This document shows positions 61,142 through 64,000 of a DNA stretch of 64,000 nt, piece after piece; within the stretch, counting starts at the first letter, position 1; every line of letters starts with the position of its first letter. The position numbers and the translations under genes were made by a program. The DNA lies in NCBI GenBank assembly GCA_025060535.1, contig JANXCA010000001.1, positions 7,730 through 71,729 of the forward strand. Reading direction: 5' to 3'. Below the pieces are notes generated by a model. The model searched no databases, had not been told where the DNA came from, and worked only from the letters and a program-made list of their open reading frames with translations. This DNA comes from Endomicrobiia bacterium. Lineage in GTDB: Bacteria > Elusimicrobiota > Endomicrobiia > DTEH01.

Positions 61142-62437
61142 TTAATTCTGAGACCTTAAAAATTCTTTAGCATATTTTATCTGTGCTACAATTGGCCGTT
61201 TGGCAATACATATATAGGAACAACAACCACATTCAATACAATCATATAAAGAGTATTTTTTCACTTTTTCCCATTTTTTGTGTTCTATATAGATACTCAA
61301 AAAATTCGGCATAAGTCTCATAGGACATACAGAAACACACTTACCACATCTTACGCATTGAAAATAATTGCTATCGTAATTTGTTTTTAAAAAGAGTATA
61401 CCAGATGTCCCTTTAATTACAGAAACATCCAAACTTTCTTGAGCAACACCCATCATAGGGCCTCCCATAATTACTTTGTTGATTCCTTTTATATCTATAT
61501 TTAGAAAACGAACTATATCTTTAATAGAAGTACCTATAGGAACTATAAAGTTTCCTATTCTGCTTATGTCTCCCGATAATGTAATAACTCTTTCCATTAA
61601 AGGAATACCTTTAATAACACAATTATATATAGCAAATAATGTAGAAACATTATGAACTAAAACACCTACATCCATTGGTAAACCACCTGACGGTACTTCT
61701 TTATTTAAAACCGATTTTATTAATTGTTTCTCTGCACCCTGTGGATATTTGGTTTTTACAACTTTAAGTTCTACATTCGGAACTTTTTCTATTTTTTGTT
61801 TAATCTTATAAATTGCTTCTTTCTTATTGTCTTCAATTACAACTATACCTTTCATCGCATCTACAATATACATCACTATTTTTAAACCTTCAATTACTTC
61901 ATCATAATACTCTTGCATTACCCTATCATCAACAGTGAGATATGGCTCACACTCACAACCATTTGCTATCACATAATCTATTATTTTATCTTTAGGAGGA
62001 TTAAGTTTGACATGTGTAGGAAACATAGCTCCACCTAAACCTACAATACCACTTTCTTTTATATATGTGATAATCTCATCCTTCGGAAATCTATGATAGT
62101 CTTTATACTTAGGTATAAATTCAACAGAAGTATTTTTTCCATCGTTTTCTATTATTATAGCAGGCGATTTTTTGCACAAAGTTGGATGCATTATTTCTTT
62201 TATTTCTTTAACTTTTCCAGAAACCGGTGAATGCAAAGTTGAAGATATCAAACCATCTGCTTCAGCTATTTTTTGTCCTCTTAATACATAATCACCTACA
62301 TTTACTAGGGGAACGGAAATTTTACCTGTATGTTGTTGCAAATAAAGATATAAAAATTGAGGAGCTGCAATATTTTCAATTCTATAATACTTAGATTTTT
62401 TGTTATCTTTAGGATGTATTCCACCGTAAAAACTCAT
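61142..62437 (-). CDS. rnfC: Rnf complex subunit C (NADH-binding, two 4Fe-4S)
   Basis: CVRCGKCVSVCP and CIECGCCSYIC motifs; 431 aa. Confidence 0.9.
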   Translation of the reverse strand: MSFYGGIHPKDNKKSKYYRIENIAAPQFLYLYLQQHTGKISVPLVNVGDYVLRGQKIAEADGLISSTLHSPVSGKVKEIKEIMHPTLCKKSPAIIIENDGKNTSVEFIPKYKDYHRFPKDEIITYIKESGIVGLGGAMFPTHVKLNPPKDKIIDYVIANGCECEPYLTVDDRVMQEYYDEVIEGLKIVMYIVDAMKGIVVIEDNKKEAIYKIKQKIEKVPNVELKVVKTKYPQGAEKQLIKSVLNKEVPSGGLPMDVGVLVHNVSTLFAIYNCVIKGIPLMERVITLSGDISRIGNFIVPIGTSIKDIVRFLNIDIKGINKVIMGGPMMGVAQESLDVSVIKGTSGILFLKTNYDSNYFQCVRCGKCVSVCPMRLMPNFLSIYIEHKKWEKVKKYSLYDCIECGCCSYICIAKRPIVAQIKYAKEFLRSQN

Positions 62438-62459
62438 TAAACTTACCCAACCTCTACAT

Positions 62460-63347
62460 TTAGGATGTTTCTAATAGTTGATATTTTTCTATATTTCTTT
62501 TAATAAAATCCTTCCAAATCTCTAACACATGTCTATTTTCTTCTAATAACAAATGTTGTGTCCTTTTCTGTAACGAAAGATATTCTTCTATAGGTTTTAT
62601 ATTTTTAATCTTTCTAACTTTTTTTAATTCACCATTCTCATATTCTACTAAAGGCCATAAACCAGTTTCTACTGCCAATTCTGCTATTTTAACGGATAAA
62701 TAAGGCTCATACCCCCAACCTAAAGGACAAGGAACAAGTATATGAATAAATTTAGCTCCTTTTATTTTTAAAGCCTTCTTTACTTTATTTTGTAAATCTA
62801 CAGGGTAAGAAATAGAAGCAGTTGCAACATAACTACATCTATGAGCAAGTGCAATTTCTAAAAGATTTTTCTTCCAAGTGGGATTGCCATAAGACAGTTT
62901 TCCAACCGGAGAGGTTCCAGTATTTGCTCCAGTAGGTGAAGTTCCACTTCTTTGTATACCTGTATTCATGTAAGCTTCATTATCATAACAAATGCTCAAC
63001 ACATTGTGCCCTCTTTCCCATAAACCAGAAAATGCTTGCAACCCAATATCTCCAAAGCCACCATCTCCTGCTTGAGCTATGATATTTATATCTGTTTTAC
63101 CTAAATAATTCAAAGCACTTTCTATACCAGAAGCTACAGCTGCTGCATTTTCAAATAGAGAATGTATAAAGGGGACCCTCCAAGAACTATAAGGGTAAGT
63201 AGAAGAAAAAACTTCCAAACATCCTGTATTTGTAACTACAATTGTATTTGGCCCAGCAGCATCTATTACCAACCTTGCTGCTAAAGCTTCACCACACCCT
63301 GCACAGGCTGTGTGACCAGGTGTTAATAAAATTTTTTCATCTATCAT
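62460..63347 (-). CDS. 2-oxoacid:ferredoxin oxidoreductase beta subunit (TPP-binding; PorB/VorB/KorB family)
   Basis: LTPGHTACAGCG and GDGG TPP motifs. TAA stop sits 22 nt upstream of the rnfC ATG. Confidence 0.85.
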   Translation of the reverse strand: MIDEKILLTPGHTACAGCGEALAARLVIDAAGPNTIVVTNTGCLEVFSSTYPYSSWRVPFIHSLFENAAAVASGIESALNYLGKTDINIIAQAGDGGFGDIGLQAFSGLWERGHNVLSICYDNEAYMNTGIQRSGTSPTGANTGTSPVGKLSYGNPTWKKNLLEIALAHRCSYVATASISYPVDLQNKVKKALKIKGAKFIHILVPCPLGWGYEPYLSVKIAELAVETGLWPLVEYENGELKKVRKIKNIKPIEEYLSLQKRTQHLLLEENRHVLEIWKDFIKRNIEKYQLLETS

Positions 63348-63384
63348 AAGAAAATTTACGAAAAACTATATTTTAAACTATACT

Positions 63385-64000
63385 CTAAATAAAACTACCT
63401 AAATTTTCTTTTTTTAGTCCTACAAACTCACTTTCAACAAGATCCTCTTTCCTATAGAGATCTTCTATCTCTTCTAAAGATATATCTCTTCCACCTAAAC
63501 CACAGACATATCCTAAAATCTTAGGTAAGCAGGAGACTTTATTTCTATGCGCAGATATATATAAAGATGTTATTACATCACTATATAAGGCTCCTGTAGC
63601 TCCCAAAGAAATATCTTTTTCTAAAACTATTATTTTTTTAGCTTTAAGCAAAATATCTCCTATTTCTTGTGGAAAAGGTCTGTAAGTGATTATTCTTAAC
63701 AAACCAACTTTCTCATTTCTTTCTCTTAAACTATCAACTACATCTTTAATAGGACCAGCAACTGATCCAAAACTTACAAAAATATTTTCTGCATCATCTA
63801 ATTTATATTTTTCATAAAGTCCATATGAAGTTCTTCCAAACATTTTAGTGAATTCTTCAGCAATCTGTTTAATTTTGTTAGGTACCTCATCTAGCATAGT
63901 TTTATGTATAGCGTATCTTGTTTCTAAATACCACTCAGGACCAACTAACGCACCAAAAGTGAGTGGATTTTGAGGATCTAATTTAAAAGGAGGATTATAG
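63385..64000 (-). CDS. 2-oxoacid:ferredoxin oxidoreductase alpha subunit, partial (N-terminus beyond window end)
   Basis: ORF remains open past 63897 on manual translation (...DPQNPLTFGALVGPEWYLETRYAIHKTMLDEVPNK...). PorA-like domain III. Confidence 0.7.
   Translation of the reverse strand, partial: YNPPFKLDPQNPLTFGALVGPEWYLETRYAIHKTMLDEVPNKIKQIAEEFTKMFGRTSYGLYEKYKLDDAENIFVSFGSVAGPIKDVVDSLRERNEKVGLLRIITYRPFPQEIGDILLKAKKIIVLEKDISLGATGALYSDVITSLYISAHRNKVSCLPKILGYVCGLGGRDISLEEIEDLYRKEDLVESEFVGLKKENLGSFI

Overview
This is a 64-kb, very AT-rich, gene-dense bacterial chromosomal segment. About 70 of 73 genes lie on the minus strand, with short gaps and frequent 1-4 nt overlaps, so there are long co-directional operons. 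Most content is core metabolism and information processing. From low to high coordinate it includes: hisC-like/pheA; prfB with its programmed +1 frameshift; tRNA-Leu(GAG); secG; pgk; gap; argJ/argC; rsmI; nadC; uvrB; surE; rny; rarA; a polyamine cluster; folK; dapL; pdxA/surA; serA; priA-like; udg; coaC/coaB; kdsA/kdsB; rseP; dxr; cdsA; uppS; frr; pyrH; tsf; rpsB; a complete rnfCDGEAB operon fused downstream of a 2-oxoacid:ferredoxin oxidoreductase (alpha partial, beta). The presence of kdsAB, surA and pdxA points to an LPS-containing Gram-negative-type envelope. The standout region is a ~13.3-kb, 17-gene operon at 18435-31732 (minus strand). It encodes a group-4, Mbh-type membrane-bound [NiFe] hydrogenase: both Ni-Fe ligand motifs are intact in the large subunit, and NuoB/C/D/H/I-like subunits are present. 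It is wired to a full mrpABCDEFG-like antiporter set plus an extra NuoL/M/N-like pump subunit. It is headed by an unusual soluble module: an AsrA/HydB-like protein, an AsrB/HydG-like FAD/NAD(P)-binding 2Fe-2S protein, and a HycB-like 4x[4Fe-4S] ferredoxin. Immediately upstream of this operon, abutting a TATAAT -10 box, sits a perfect Rex-type operator TTGTGAA-ATTT-TTCACAA (31742-31759). The identical 18-mer recurs in the same promoter architecture upstream of a serC-like/serA/ABC/surA/pdxA/rimI gene string (44374-44391). This suggests an NADH/NAD+-responsive Rex regulon linking H2 metabolism and serine-branch metabolism. Other notable points: a PriA homolog with a fully degenerate Walker A and motif VI (likely ATPase-dead); coaC and coaB as separate frames; and a por-rnf co-operon. 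Gene starts are taken from the longest ORFs and may differ from the true starts. Taxon cannot be assigned from sequence alone (a low-GC anaerobe with Rnf and Mbh).
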